DNA from: Candidatus Falkowbacteria bacterium
Lineage (GTDB): Bacteria > Patescibacteriota > Patescibacteriia > UBA11705 > JABHMO01
Assembly (NCBI GenBank): GCA_018674305.1
Contig: JABHAL010000007.1
Location: 6,976 to 70,975 of the forward strand
DNA length: 64,000 nt
Direction: 5' to 3'
Within the stretch, counting starts at the first letter, position 1; the number at the start of each line of letters is the position of its first letter. Position numbers and translations under genes: made by a program. Under the pieces are notes generated by a model, which worked only from the letters and a program-made list of their open reading frames with translations, was not told where the DNA came from and made no database searches. Positions 10,101 through 19,306 of the stretch are shown here, piece after piece.

Positions 10101-13100
10101 AATACAAGCCAGAACTTCCTTCAGTCAAATTACCCAAAGTTCCGTCAGCAATGATAGTCAATGAAGTTGTTGACAAATCACTTTTAGTAATACCAATCGG
10201 TATGTTCTGTGAAGTATATGCGGTATAAGTTGAAGGTGATGTTTCAGTTCCTTCTTCGTTTTTAGCTTTAACACTAACTTCAATCGCTGCATTTGCGGAC
10301 AACCCGCTCTGAACCCAACCATTAGCGGAAACCCAACCACTATTATCTGCCGGTGTAGCAGTACTAGCATAATATGAATTCTGTGCACCGCCACTACTCC
10401 AGCCCCAAGTGATAGAAGCCGTCGTATTAGCACTGTGAGTTAAGCTAGTTGGTGCATCTGCATCAGTATAGGCACTGGCAGGACTTGATCCAATACCAGC
10501 CCCTTGTGCATTGGTAGCACGAACATAAACTGTATATTGAGTATTAGCATCCAATGAACTTAACTGATATTGACTGGTAGCTGAACCAACAGTAGCAAGA
10601 CGAACATCATCCGAAGAACGATAAACATCATAATCAGTTGCCCCGGTTACATCATTCCAATCCCAAGTAATTGAATCTGCATCTGCTGCACTGTTTGTAA
10701 GTCCTGTTGGCTGAGCAGGACCAGTTGTATCCTGACTACTAGCTGCTCCGTCCGCCAAGTTATTATCACCATCCCCATCGTATGAAGATGTTCTAAACTG
10801 ATAACAAGTTCCCGCAGATAGTCCAGTGACCGAATATGGTGAGGTTGCCATCACTGAAGCATTGTTATACAAAACTGTATCATAAGTAGCATCACAACCG
10901 GTATCTTGTGCAATAGCCATACCACTTGGAGTAGGGCTTGGAACACTCCAAGTTAAAGTCATTACATAGTCATCCTTGTCAGTTGCCTCGGCCACCGTGA
11001 AACTGGTAACTGTACTAGCATGAGTATATTCAGTCACAGTTGAACCAAAAGCGGTTTCCGTATTATCTCCATTTCTAGCTTTGACTTTGAAACCATATCG
11101 CGTATTTGAGGTAAGACCTGTCATTGTAACTGTTCCCCAGGCAGACGCTGTTTGATAAGTTTCTGCCGCCTCCAGACTTCCATCACCCTTAAGATATTCT
11201 CCCGACACCGTTTCTTGGATCGCATATTCAGTTGTCGAAGGATTGCCATCGCCAGCAGTAACAGCCACCTGAATTTGAGTAGTTGTAAGGCCAGTAACGG
11301 TTGGCGATGACGGAGCATTAGCAAGAGTATATTTAAAAATTGAAGCCACACTTTGCTCATTACCATAATCATCAACTGCCCAAATATCAAAATAATATTT
11401 TTCATTCACTGATAATCCAGTTATTGTTGTTGTCGTGGTTGTCCGAGTTGCCAAAGCTACATCATCACCATTATCCCATTCAACAGCACCCCCACTTCGT
11501 CCTTCAGCATCAGCTTGGAATATGCTATACCAAATTTCATAATGATTAAAATTAGTTTCAGTTGCTATTGTCCAATCTACAGTCTGGGTAGTTGTAGTAG
11601 ATGAATCCCAGGCGAAAGCAAATAATCCAGTTGGATCAACATTGTCTAAGGTCATTGTCTGATTTGCCGCAGTTCCATCAGATGTATCATCATTAACAGT
11701 AACATTAATACAATTAGTGCCGTTAGCAGAAGCCAAATCAGTATCAGAATCCCAATCAAAACTTACCGAATTAGAGCCTGATGAAGTTATTACCCGAGTC
11801 CGAGTGGTTGCAGTCGCACCTATTTGATAAGCACCACCTGCAATATCCGGAGCGCCACCGCTATCATCAAAATCAGCCGTTGCAGCCGAACCTAATATTG
11901 TAGCCGCTGACCACGGACCATCACAAGCCCCATCACTATCAGATTCATATTGAATTTTTACTTTAGTGTCATCATCATCAGCATCATCCACTTCAATTGA
12001 AATCGTCACATCCCCGGAACCGTCCGTTTTCTGGGTAGCGCTATTCACACTAACAGTAGGATTTGAATTATACGAAATTGTTGCCGAAGAATAATTCAAA
12101 TCCGTCGCCGTAATATCTTGGTAGGAAATCCCCGTTAAAGAACCACTTCTAGCAATACTCACATATTCCCCAGTATTGTCAGTAGTATCAACCGTTTCAA
12201 ATGACCAACTACCATTATTATCACCAAAAACAAGGTCATTTGCTGTCTCGTCATAAAACGCAACTTGAGGAATTGTTCCGTCAAAAAGAAGACTTACCCA
12301 ATCCTGAACCGTATAAGTTCCTGTATGAATCTGCGTACAAGTCCAGCCGGCATTATCACAGCCAGAACCCGCTGACTGATAGGCATAATACAAATCATCT
12401 GAAAGAGGGTAAGCAATACCAACCTTATCGTTACTATCAATATCCATTCCAATATTTTCATGATATATAACTCCGGTAGCAATATCATCAACAGCATAAC
12501 AGGTCCAGTCTGAGTCATTGGCACCTGCGGCGTCACAACTAGCACCACCATCACGTTTTCCATAAATAAGCTTTTTGTCATTAATGTCATTACTAACAAT
12601 ATGTGGGACATTGTTACTATCAAACTTCAAAACATTATCATTACCAATATTATTAGTGGTGTAGACATCTTCACAAGACCAATCAGATGAGGCGCACCCA
12701 CTACCACCACCACCACCAACATACCAGGCATACCGCAGATCAGCAGTATTGCTATATTTATAGAGAATACCAGGATTATTAGAATCATTCAGATCCATAC
12801 TTGGAAAAAGCCCTACTGTATTAGTACTATCAATTGTTGTACAAGCCCAATTATTGTGAGTACAAGTTGATTCAGACCCTGAACCTGTATATATAGCATA
12901 CTCTAAGTCTCCACTATAAAAATTATAAAAAGCAATCCGCGGATTGTCCGAAGTATCAAACTTCAAGGAAACGCCCAACGCCTTAGCCGTATCCACCTGA
13001 ATAGGAGTACCCCAACTACTTCCATTGTAATAAACATAATACAAATCAAAACCTGACCCTCCCGTATTGCGAGCATAAGCAATACCCGGATTACCACTAC

Positions 13101-13260
13101 TATCATAATCCAAAGAAGTATGCCAAAGATTAGTAGTATCAACAGTCGTATTTGTCCAGGAATGTGCCAGAGCAATATAGGAAATCAAAAATATCGGAAC
13201 TAATACTAAGATCCATAGTCCAATAGTTTTACAAATAAAATTTTTGTTTAATCCCTTCAT
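7132..13260 (-). CDS. Giant cell-surface protein paralog (2042 aa)
   Basis: The C-terminal ~700 aa, including the 3' ~2.2 kb of DNA, are nearly identical to 1535..6916. The N-terminus differs and has YVYY/'DSNNPGI' beta-propeller-like repeats and extra FN3 modules. Confidence 0.85.
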   Translation of the reverse strand: MKGLNKNFICKTIGLWILVLVPIFLISYIALAHSWTNTTVDTTNLWHTSLDYDSSGNPGIAYARNTGGSGFDLYYVYYNGSSWGTPIQVDTAKALGVSLKFDTSDNPRIAFYNFYSGDLEYAIYTGSGSESTCTHNNWACTTIDSTNTVGLFPSMDLNDSNNPGILYKYSNTADLRYAWYVGGGGGSGCASSDWSCEDVYTTNNIGNDNVLKFDSNNVPHIVSNDINDKKLIYGKRDGGASCDAAGANDSDWTCYAVDDIATGVIYHENIGMDIDSNDKVGIAYPLSDDLYYAYQSAGSGCDNAGWTCTQIHTGTYTVQDWVSLLFDGTIPQVAFYDETANDLVFGDNNGSWSFETVDTTDNTGEYVSIARSGSLTGISYQDITATDLNYSSATISYNSNPTVSVNSATQKTDGSGDVTISIEVDDADDDDTKVKIQYESDSDGACDGPWSAATILGSAATADFDDSGGAPDIAGGAYQIGATATTRTRVITSSGSNSVSFDWDSDTDLASANGTNCINVTVNDDTSDGTAANQTMTLDNVDPTGLFAFAWDSSTTTTQTVDWTIATETNFNHYEIWYSIFQADAEGRSGGAVEWDNGDDVALATRTTTTTTITGLSVNEKYYFDIWAVDDYGNEQSVASIFKYTLANAPSSPTVTGLTTTQIQVAVTAGDGNPSTTEYAIQETVSGEYLKGDGSLEAAETYQTASAWGTVTMTGLTSNTRYGFKVKARNGDNTETAFGSTVTEYTHASTVTSFTVAEATDKDDYVMTLTWSVPSPTPSGMAIAQDTGCDATYDTVLYNNASVMATSPYSVTGLSAGTCYQFRTSSYDGDGDNNLADGAASSQDTTGPAQPTGLTNSAADADSITWDWNDVTGATDYDVYRSSDDVRLATVGSATSQYQLSSLDANTQYTVYVRATNAQGAGIGSSPASAYTDADAPTSLTHSANTTASITWGWSSGGAQNSYYASTATPADNSGWVSANGWVQSGLSANAAIEVSVKAKNEEGTETSPSTYTAYTSQNIPIGITKSDLSTTSLTIIADGTLGNLTEGSSGLYFTNTTASTNSGWIQTNSWANSSLSANTQYSYTVKARNGDSDETSTTVDSSSTIFYTAQNTPSGISSSNILIDSITLSATGTFDNLTSDSSGLYFENVTAGTNSGWVQTNSWVETGLSESTTYQYRVKTRNGDGVETSFSSGTNVITLGARSGGGGDPAPIPIPIPDPDPEIDPPVLSEPADGMVTNNNKPYVIGSSTEGLMTVDVYVDDIEVHSFVSQPDKNFVWQISDPLADGLHSIKVANEDVYSDIHSILVDTSPPDAPSITLMSIIVGAEVDNKIGADVTISGKIKADTKQILIYLDDTILIDTIVVDSEKWSYSFEDSYYPGEHKVSVKAIDEAKNLSDEPTEESFLLVSSQPPVDEPVDEPVDEPVDEPVDEPVDEPVDEPVDEPVDEPVDEPVDEPVDEPVDEPVDKPVDDPVVPPVIPPIKPVIPPVAPLVVPPVIPEADGGQADDSQPGDDGQPGDNDDQGPGAPVVPLPVVPNAGDDGGVPVVDDWQGPIVKDDIIDVVVGQSHVPDNIKLDPELIEIYEDIDAKNSWDKTEQEIKFEIIYETEKLMDGKVVQSTTKGIAKVISVITRVDVVKAQQEVEKSVKAVVRTTKIVQKATVDNPALEKANETVKTPAAATVTATSVASLATVGATGASGAGVLTYLQFLFTQPLLLLTKKRRKGWGIVYDAASKKPVDLAVVRVYNAETKKLVRTKVTDKAGRYEFILKPGKYYIEVQKKDYKFPCKILDKVTTDGHFEDVYYGEVIEVQERDAVSMPIALDPIKLAQKGEKVMKLFWFKKTQTLFTLIAPVAAIVSFIINPTLKFGLLIVGQVALYFLFSRLAKGDKPKSWGIVRDLENKKTLSRTIVRVFETKFNKLLDTQVTDGKGRYAFLVGNQEYYVTAEKPGYYQKRSEVFNLEKEETGYLTEDFKLRSHKLGKGIEQAQKKDQQVTLRTGLGQQKEKMIQGIKRVIRRDEEKFKGEIKDVDLDQMHEDYYDVDSLK
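8842..9027 (-). repeat. In-frame 12-bp tandem repeat encoding (PVDE)n, about 14 copies
   Basis: actggctcatca units. The repeat is expanded relative to the paralog. Confidence 0.85.
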
Positions 13261-13376
13261 TGAAAATTCACTTTTAAATCAAAACGTGTCACGACAATTT
13301 TTGTATCGTAAAAAATACTAGACGCTAAATTTGTAAACAAAACATGTCTAGTTCCTTCATACTATATATTAGCTAA

Positions 13377-13400
13377 ATTATACCATTTTCAAGACATTTA
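13377..13400 (-). promoter_or_regulatory. Extended -10 promoter (TGGTATAAT) for giant gene 2
   Basis: Same motif as at 7035-7043. The 5' leader is conserved between the paralogs. Confidence 0.45.
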
Positions 13401-13485
13401 AACAAACAAAAAATGTGGATTTATCCACATTATATTTAAATAATTAACCTTAAATAAACAAGATCAATTCGCCTGAACAATTGCT

Positions 13486-14301
13486 TTATTTTCTCCTCAG
13501 AAAACCCCTTATTCCCCGATAAACAAAAACGCTTAAGCAAACAAAAACTACAACAAAACTCAACAGCTGTGCCCAACGTAAGCCAAACACAATTGGACTA
13601 AAGTCTAACCGGTAAAACTCCAAAATTATTCGTTGAACTGAGTAAAGCAACAAATACACCAAGAATATATTACCCGCCTGCAAAGTTTTTCGCTTAAATC
13701 TCCAATACGTAAGCCCCAATAGAACTCCCAATATAATTAGATTACCGAAACTCTCATACAGAAACGTTGGGTGAAAAAATTCAAATTCAAAAAATCCGAC
13801 TGGACGATTAACTAAATCAATAGGAATCCCCCACGCTGCATCGGTCGGCCGGCCAAAAATTTCTTGATTAAAGTAATTACCAACTCTTCCAATGACCTGG
13901 GCTGCAACTAATCCAACCGCAATCAAATCCGCAACTAACCAAAAATCTCTTTTTTTCAACTTGGCATAAACATAGGTTGTGACAAACCCTCCTAGCATAA
14001 TCCCGTGAATAGCTAAACCACCTTGCCAAACATGAAACACGCTCCCCCAGTCACCACGGTACAATTCCCAAGCATAAATCACGTAATAAATTCGAGCACC
14101 CAAAACTGCCCCAACCACCCAGTAAATTAAAAGATTATGAAAAAACTTTTTATTTAACTTGTAGTGATCAGCTAACTTTAGAATCAAGGCAAAACCCAGG
14201 AGCCCACCGATCACCATCAACAAACCATACCAATGCACTTGGAGTGGCCCAAAACTAAAAACAGTTGGTTCTGGATGATAAGTATGTAAAAAATTAAACA
14301 T
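13486..14301 (-). CDS. lgt: Prolipoprotein diacylglyceryl transferase
   Basis: Lgt signatures 'GPLQVHWYGLLMVIG', 'GARIYYV', 'WQGGLAIHG' and 'GRVGNYFNQEIFG'. Confidence 0.9.
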   Translation of the reverse strand: MFNFLHTYHPEPTVFSFGPLQVHWYGLLMVIGGLLGFALILKLADHYKLNKKFFHNLLIYWVVGAVLGARIYYVIYAWELYRGDWGSVFHVWQGGLAIHGIMLGGFVTTYVYAKLKKRDFWLVADLIAVGLVAAQVIGRVGNYFNQEIFGRPTDAAWGIPIDLVNRPVGFFEFEFFHPTFLYESFGNLIILGVLLGLTYWRFKRKTLQAGNIFLVYLLLYSVQRIILEFYRLDFSPIVFGLRWAQLLSFVVVFVCLSVFVYRGIRGFLRRK

Positions 14302-14430
14302 AGTACTTCCATTATAGTAGAACTTCAGCCAAAAGAAAAGAGCCTCTTGTGAGGCTCTCTTCTTTCTCTTTAGGGTTTTCGCTTTTTTAACAAAGCTATA
14401 TATTAAACCTCACCTCTCGGCAAGTTCTAA

Positions 14431-14751
14431 TTATTTTTTCTTTTTTATTTCTTTCTGTATATCTGTCCAACGTAATTTTAATTCATTCATTATCTCGCCC
14501 CAAGCATCAGCAGTAAGTAAATCTTCCTTGGAATACTTTTTTACGATATTCTCAACAATTGTTTCGTACTCCTTTTTACCCAGTTTTTTAGCCTTAGCAA
14601 CCTCCTTAATTAATTGCTGGCTTACGGTTTTACTGACTTTATTAAATTTATCTCTATTTTTTTTGCCAGACTTTGGATTAAAAAAAACACTTATTGCTGA
14701 ACCCAATAAAGCACCTAAAGCTAAACCACTTAAAAACTTCTTAGTTTTCAT
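14431..14751 (-). CDS. YtxH-like membrane protein (DUF948)
   Basis: 'LALGALLGSAISVFFNPKSGKKNRDK' Gly-zipper motif. The start is assigned to the internal Met. Confidence 0.5.
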   Translation of the reverse strand: MKTKKFLSGLALGALLGSAISVFFNPKSGKKNRDKFNKVSKTVSQQLIKEVAKAKKLGKKEYETIVENIVKKYSKEDLLTADAWGEIMNELKLRWTDIQKEIKKKK

Positions 14752-15047
14752 AAATAAAAAAATACGGTTAATTCTCTTGATTGAATTATACCACATTAAA
14801 ATAAAAAATTCGCTAAATTATCCACAGTATCATAAAGCATAAATCATGAAACAGGAAGCAAAAACAAAAGAGAATTAAGAGATTAAGCGATTAAGAGGAT
14901 TTCAAATTGTAAAACTACATAATTACTAAATTGCCAAAAATTACTGCTTATTTTACCAAACCCTTGCATTTTTTTTTGGCATATGTTATCATTTTCCCAC
15001 AAGTAATTAATGACATGCGCTATGCGTTATACGCTACGCGACAAAAT

Positions 15048-15323
15048 ATGAAAAAAGCTATTCATCCAAAATACAACACCAGTGCTAAAGTAAAATGTGC
15101 TTGTGGTAATGAATTCACAGTTGGTTCAACTGTTGACCTTCTTAAAATTGAGTTATGTCACCTTTGTCACCCTTTTTATACCGGTAAACAAAAATTAGTT
15201 GACTCAGCTCGAAGAGTTGAAAAATTCAAAGAAAAAGTGGCCAAGCAAGCAACTACTGCTGAAACCAGAAAAGGTAAGAAAGTTAAACGAGAGAATGAGG
15301 CCAAGAAAAAGGCAGACAAATAA
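15048..15323 (+). CDS. rpmE: 50S ribosomal protein L31 with a Lys-rich C-terminal tail
   Basis: 'MKKAIHPKY...[15 protein letters not shown]...[13 protein letters not shown]'. The start is the internal ATG at 15048. Confidence 0.85.
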   Translation: MKKAIHPKYNTSAKVKCACGNEFTVGSTVDLLKIELCHLCHPFYTGKQKLVDSARRVEKFKEKVAKQATTAETRKGKKVKRENEAKKKADK

Positions 15324-15489
15324 CTTCCTTTCATAAACCGTCTTTTTGTTTTATAATGAAAACGAACATGGGCGGTTTTTAAATTACAAGAAGAGCAAGG
15401 AGATATAGAAGGTAAAAAAGATAACATAAATTAATAATCCTAAAGTCATCCCCCTCAAACTTCTTTAGCCCTTTTTCTCCCCTTCTAAT

Positions 15490-16542
15490 ATGCAAGAAAA
15501 AATAGATAAAATTAAACAAACATTTAAAGAACTCGAAGATCAACTTCAAGATCCTTCAGTTACTTGTGATCAGGGCAAATTAAAAAAAATCGGCAGTGAA
15601 CACGCCGAACTAAAAGATTTAATTGAGCTAATAAATAAATTCGAAAAAATTGATTCTGACCTAAAACAAGCTCGCGAAACGTCAGAAACTGAAACTGGAG
15701 AATTAAAAGAATTTGCTCTAGCTGAAATTGAAGAACTAGAACCACAGATTAACCAACTCGAAGATCAATTAAAAAAAGAATTAACCACCAAAGACCCTAA
15801 CGACAAAAAGGATGTAATCATAGAAATCCGGGCAGGCACAGGTGGAGACGAATCTGCTTTATTTACAGCTGAACTTTTTCGAATGTACTCTCGTTACGCT
15901 GAATCCCAAGGTTGGAAAGTAAATATTTTATCCTCAAATCAAATTGGCATCGGTGGCTTCAAAGAAGTTATTTTTGAAGTTAAAGGACAATCAGTTTTTG
16001 CTACTTTCAAATATGAACGTGGTACACACCGAGTACAACGTGTACCAGAAACTGAAAAGCAGGGCCGCGTACATACTTCAGCAGTTACTGTTGCCGTTTT
16101 ACCAGAAGTTGAAGAAGTTGATGTAAAAATCGAAGACAAGGATTTAAAAATTGACACTTATGCTTCCGGTGGTGCTGGTGGGCAAAGTGTAAATACAACT
16201 AACTCCGCAGTTCGAATCACCCACCTACCAACCAATACAGTTGTTTCTTGCCAAGACGAAAGATCACAAGCTCAGAACAGAATAAAAGCCATGCGAGTAC
16301 TACGTTCCAAAATTTACGAAGGCGAGATGCAAAAACAACACGACGCGCTTGGTGCTGACCGAAAAAAACAGATTGGATCTGGCGATCGCTCAGAAAAAAT
16401 ACGCACTTACAATTTTCCACAAGATCGAATTACGGATCACCGAATTAAAACCAATTGGAATAATATACCAACCGTCCTTGATGGTGACATGGGCAAAATC
16501 ATTGAAACATTGAAAGCTGAGGAATTTAAACTTCAGGAATAA
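15490..16542 (+). CDS. prfA: Peptide chain release factor 1
   Basis: GGQ motif '[23 protein letters not shown]' and PxT-type tripeptide '[15 protein letters not shown]'. Confidence 0.92.
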   Translation: MQEKIDKIKQTFKELEDQLQDPSVTCDQGKLKKIGSEHAELKDLIELINKFEKIDSDLKQARETSETETGELKEFALAEIEELEPQINQLEDQLKKELTTKDPNDKKDVIIEIRAGTGGDESALFTAELFRMYSRYAESQGWKVNILSSNQIGIGGFKEVIFEVKGQSVFATFKYERGTHRVQRVPETEKQGRVHTSAVTVAVLPEVEEVDVKIEDKDLKIDTYASGGAGGQSVNTTNSAVRITHLPTNTVVSCQDERSQAQNRIKAMRVLRSKIYEGEMQKQHDALGADRKKQIGSGDRSEKIRTYNFPQDRITDHRIKTNWNNIPTVLDGDMGKIIETLKAEEFKLQE

Positions 16543-16555
16543 AAATAAATACATT

Positions 16556-16879
16556 ATGAAAAAAATCATTACAATCCTTATTGTAACTCTTTTCATTGCA
16601 ACCGGCTGTACTCTAGCAAACCAAAAAAAATCCACTGCTATTAAATGTAAAAAACTTTCCAGTTCAGAATGTTCACAAAACTCTACCTGCGATCAAATCA
16701 CAAATCTCCCGAACACAGCACCCGGGACACTTGGCATTCTCGGGTTTAGTCAATATTGTGTACCAAAAGGCGATAATGATTCCTGCGCAAAATTTGCAAC
16801 TCAAAAATCTTGCTTAAGCAATGAACAATGCGCTTATGCTAATATTAAAAGTAGTGGGGTGTGTTATATTAATGATTAG
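16556..16879 (+). CDS. Cys-rich secreted lipoprotein
   Basis: Signal peptide plus lipobox 'FIATGC', with 10 Cys in the mature part. Confidence 0.5.
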   Translation: MKKIITILIVTLFIATGCTLANQKKSTAIKCKKLSSSECSQNSTCDQITNLPNTAPGTLGILGFSQYCVPKGDNDSCAKFATQKSCLSNEQCAYANIKSSGVCYIND

Positions 16880-16886
16880 AATTTAA

Positions 16887-16913
16887 CAAAAAAGACTCCG
16901 CTTGGCAGAGTCT
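16887..16913 (-). terminator. Terminator hairpin (AGACTC...GAGTCT)
   Basis: Stem-loop with a T-run on the minus strand, downstream of 16926..17111. Confidence 0.45.
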
Positions 16914-16925
16914 AGTATGAATTGT

Positions 16926-17111
16926 TTAACTACTACTTTTACGTTTACCCAGTCGCCGTCCCATCTCCTTGCAATAATAGCTAGCGTGATCATCATAATC
17001 CCGAATACCGCAATCACGTAAACCATATTTTACGGCATCAAAGAACTTTTCTTTGTTTTTCAATCTTTCGGCAACCACATCTGCAACTCTTTCCCACTGC
17101 TCTTCTGTCAT
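16926..17111 (-). CDS. Small hypothetical protein
   Basis: 61-aa ORF followed by a terminator. Confidence 0.3.
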   Translation of the reverse strand: MTEEQWERVADVVAERLKNKEKFFDAVKYGLRDCGIRDYDDHASYYCKEMGRRLGKRKSSS

Positions 17112-17249
17112 TACTAATCCTCATAGCTGAGTTAAACAATGAACTACCTAAAGCACTTAAGACATTAACATTAAAATTGTTTTGTGTCAAAAATCGTAAG
17201 GCAACAAGAACGATCAAAAAACAACGGCAATCTCCGTTGTTTTTCTAAA

Positions 17250-18275
17250 TTATTTTTCCAGTTCTTTTTTTATGTAATGATCCTGCATCGGCTTAACATA
17301 CAATTCACGAGAAATATTCGTTAAAAAAACTTTTATTGCCGACGATATTGAACCCTTTTTCCTAATCTGCTCAGATGCATAAAACTTATGCTGTAAACCT
17401 TTTTCTTTTTTTGTATCCATTAAAGGATCATCAAAAACGTCAATATCAATAATTTGAAAATTATAATCTGTATCAGAATCATTTGACCGTTCAACAAAAA
17501 CATTTCCCGTTCTAGAAACATCTCCGCGAGAAGGCTTTGCTCCTTGCGTAGAATCCGTAATATCCAAGACGACCTCTGATGTTGCCTGCAGAAGATCAAT
17601 TTGTTCTAAAAACTTTTTCCAAGCTTTTTGCAAATCATCATATTCTTGCCTTCCTGCCATTAACCTACCAACCGATTCTCCCTTCGCAAAAGGCTGATCA
17701 ATCATTCTTTTGTAATTTCCCTCTGCGTCGCGATAAATAACAATATTATCAAACAAAACATTGATATTAATTTCACCCTCTTGTAGACTCATAAACTCTT
17801 TTTGCTGACGTTCAAATAGTTCCAACGCGCACATATTGCGCATTAACTTAACTATTGAAATTGGATCTTGATCATGACGCCCCTTCGAAACTTTCAAAAC
17901 TCGTTTTTCACCTGCCGAATTAACGAAAATTAAATTCTTATTTTCGGCACCTTCGGTTTGTTCTGTTTCTGGATCCTTTTCCAAAGCATTTAAATATACT
18001 CGAGCTTCCTCCGTTATACTAGGTATTCTAGATAGTTCAGACTCCTGCTCTAAAATTTTTCGCTGTGCAGGACTAGCTTTTTCCATTTTTGCTAATAACT
18101 CCTCCAACCTACATTTACGTTCTTCGATCTCTTCAATTGACAATTCCTTATCTAACCAAAAAACACTGTCAGACGTTTTTACTTCTTTGATAAAATTACT
18201 AAAATTCAATTCTGACTCTTTTGGACCATCTTTTCCTTCAGCTGGTAAAAATTGGTTTGCTTTAAATTTTTCCAT
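17250..18275 (-). CDS. Hypothetical protein (341 aa)
   Basis: Long ORF with no recognisable motif. It is inserted between prfA and prmC. Confidence 0.5.
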   Translation of the reverse strand: MEKFKANQFLPAEGKDGPKESELNFSNFIKEVKTSDSVFWLDKELSIEEIEERKCRLEELLAKMEKASPAQRKILEQESELSRIPSITEEARVYLNALEKDPETEQTEGAENKNLIFVNSAGEKRVLKVSKGRHDQDPISIVKLMRNMCALELFERQQKEFMSLQEGEININVLFDNIVIYRDAEGNYKRMIDQPFAKGESVGRLMAGRQEYDDLQKAWKKFLEQIDLLQATSEVVLDITDSTQGAKPSRGDVSRTGNVFVERSNDSDTDYNFQIIDIDVFDDPLMDTKKEKGLQHKFYASEQIRKKGSISSAIKVFLTNISRELYVKPMQDHYIKKELEK

Positions 18276-18324
18276 ACTATACTTTTATTAATCTATATAT
18301 ATGTTACCATAAAAGCATCAAAAT

Positions 18325-19209
18325 ATGAAAACCATAAAACAATTATTAACAGAAGCTAATTCAAAATTACGAAAGAATAGTATTAAAACTGCACGTCTTG
18401 ACGCTGAGGTTATTCTAAGTTTTGTTTTGAATAAACCAAAGGAATATCTTTACACTTATCCTGAAGGAATTGTAAGTAAAGACACGATTAATCGCTTCTT
18501 AACTCTTATCAAAAAGAGATCTTCCCACTACCCAATCGCCTACCTCACCAACAACAAAGAATTTTTTGGACTAGACTTTTACGTTGATGAGAATGTATTG
18601 GTGCCGCGGCCGGAGACAGAGTCGCTGGTGGAAGAAACTCTTAAAGAAGTAAAGACGCGATTAATCGCGTCTCCACACTCAGAAATAAATATCGCGGAAA
18701 TCGGTACCGGCTCCGGGTGTATAGCAGTGGCGTTAGCAAAAGAAGTAGAGACGCGATTAATCGCGTCGCCACCAATTAAGATAATGGCCACTGACATTTC
18801 GGCCGCGGCACTGAAAATTGCTAGGCGCAACGCGCGTAAACACAAGGTCTTATCTAGAATTAAATTTTATCAAGGTAATCTGCTTGAACCACTTAAAAAC
18901 AAAAAAATTGACTTAATTGTAGCCAATCTTCCCTACCTTGATTCTGATTACAAAAATCTTTTAAACTCTTCAGATAAAAAAGCTCTTAAGTTTGAGCCTT
19001 CACTTGCTCTTTATTCAGGTAAAGAAGGCTTGAACCATTATGCTGAATTTTTTGAACAAGTGGCAGAGCTTAAACATAAGCCTAAATTCATTTTAGTTGA
19101 ATTTGGTCCAAAGCAAACCTCTGCACTCAAAAAAATCATTCACCAAAACTTAGGTCCAGCAAAATTAACCAAAGTCCAACCTGGAACTTTAATGATTGAA
19201 TTAACGTAA
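18325..19209 (+). CDS. prmC: Release-factor glutamine methyltransferase (HemK/PrmC family)
   Basis: SAM-binding 'IAEIGTGSGCIAVALA' and 'IVANLPYL' (NPPY-like). It contains a duplicated in-frame palindromic segment. Confidence 0.8.
   Translation: MKTIKQLLTEANSKLRKNSIKTARLDAEVILSFVLNKPKEYLYTYPEGIVSKDTINRFLTLIKKRSSHYPIAYLTNNKEFFGLDFYVDENVLVPRPETESLVEETLKEVKTRLIASPHSEINIAEIGTGSGCIAVALAKEVETRLIASPPIKIMATDISAAALKIARRNARKHKVLSRIKFYQGNLLEPLKNKKIDLIVANLPYLDSDYKNLLNSSDKKALKFEPSLALYSGKEGLNHYAEFFEQVAELKHKPKFILVEFGPKQTSALKKIIHQNLGPAKLTKVQPGTLMIELT
18644..18676 (+). repeat. 33-bp direct repeat copy 1 containing the 18-bp perfect palindrome GACGCGATTAATCGCGTC
   Basis: Seen directly. Copy 2 lies exactly 96 bp downstream at 18740..18772. 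Confidence 0.9.
18740..18772 (+). repeat. 33-bp direct repeat copy 2 (palindrome GACGCGATTAATCGCGTC)
   Basis: Two mismatches relative to copy 1. Both copies encode the peptide 'KEV(K/E)TRLIASP'. Confidence 0.9.
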
Positions 19210-19306
19210 TACAAAATTTTAAGTAAAATTAAATAATTGTTCATTTCACAAAGACCCTGAAGTACATTTGCGCAAGCTTAATAACTTCAGGACGAAGGAG
19301 TCTATA

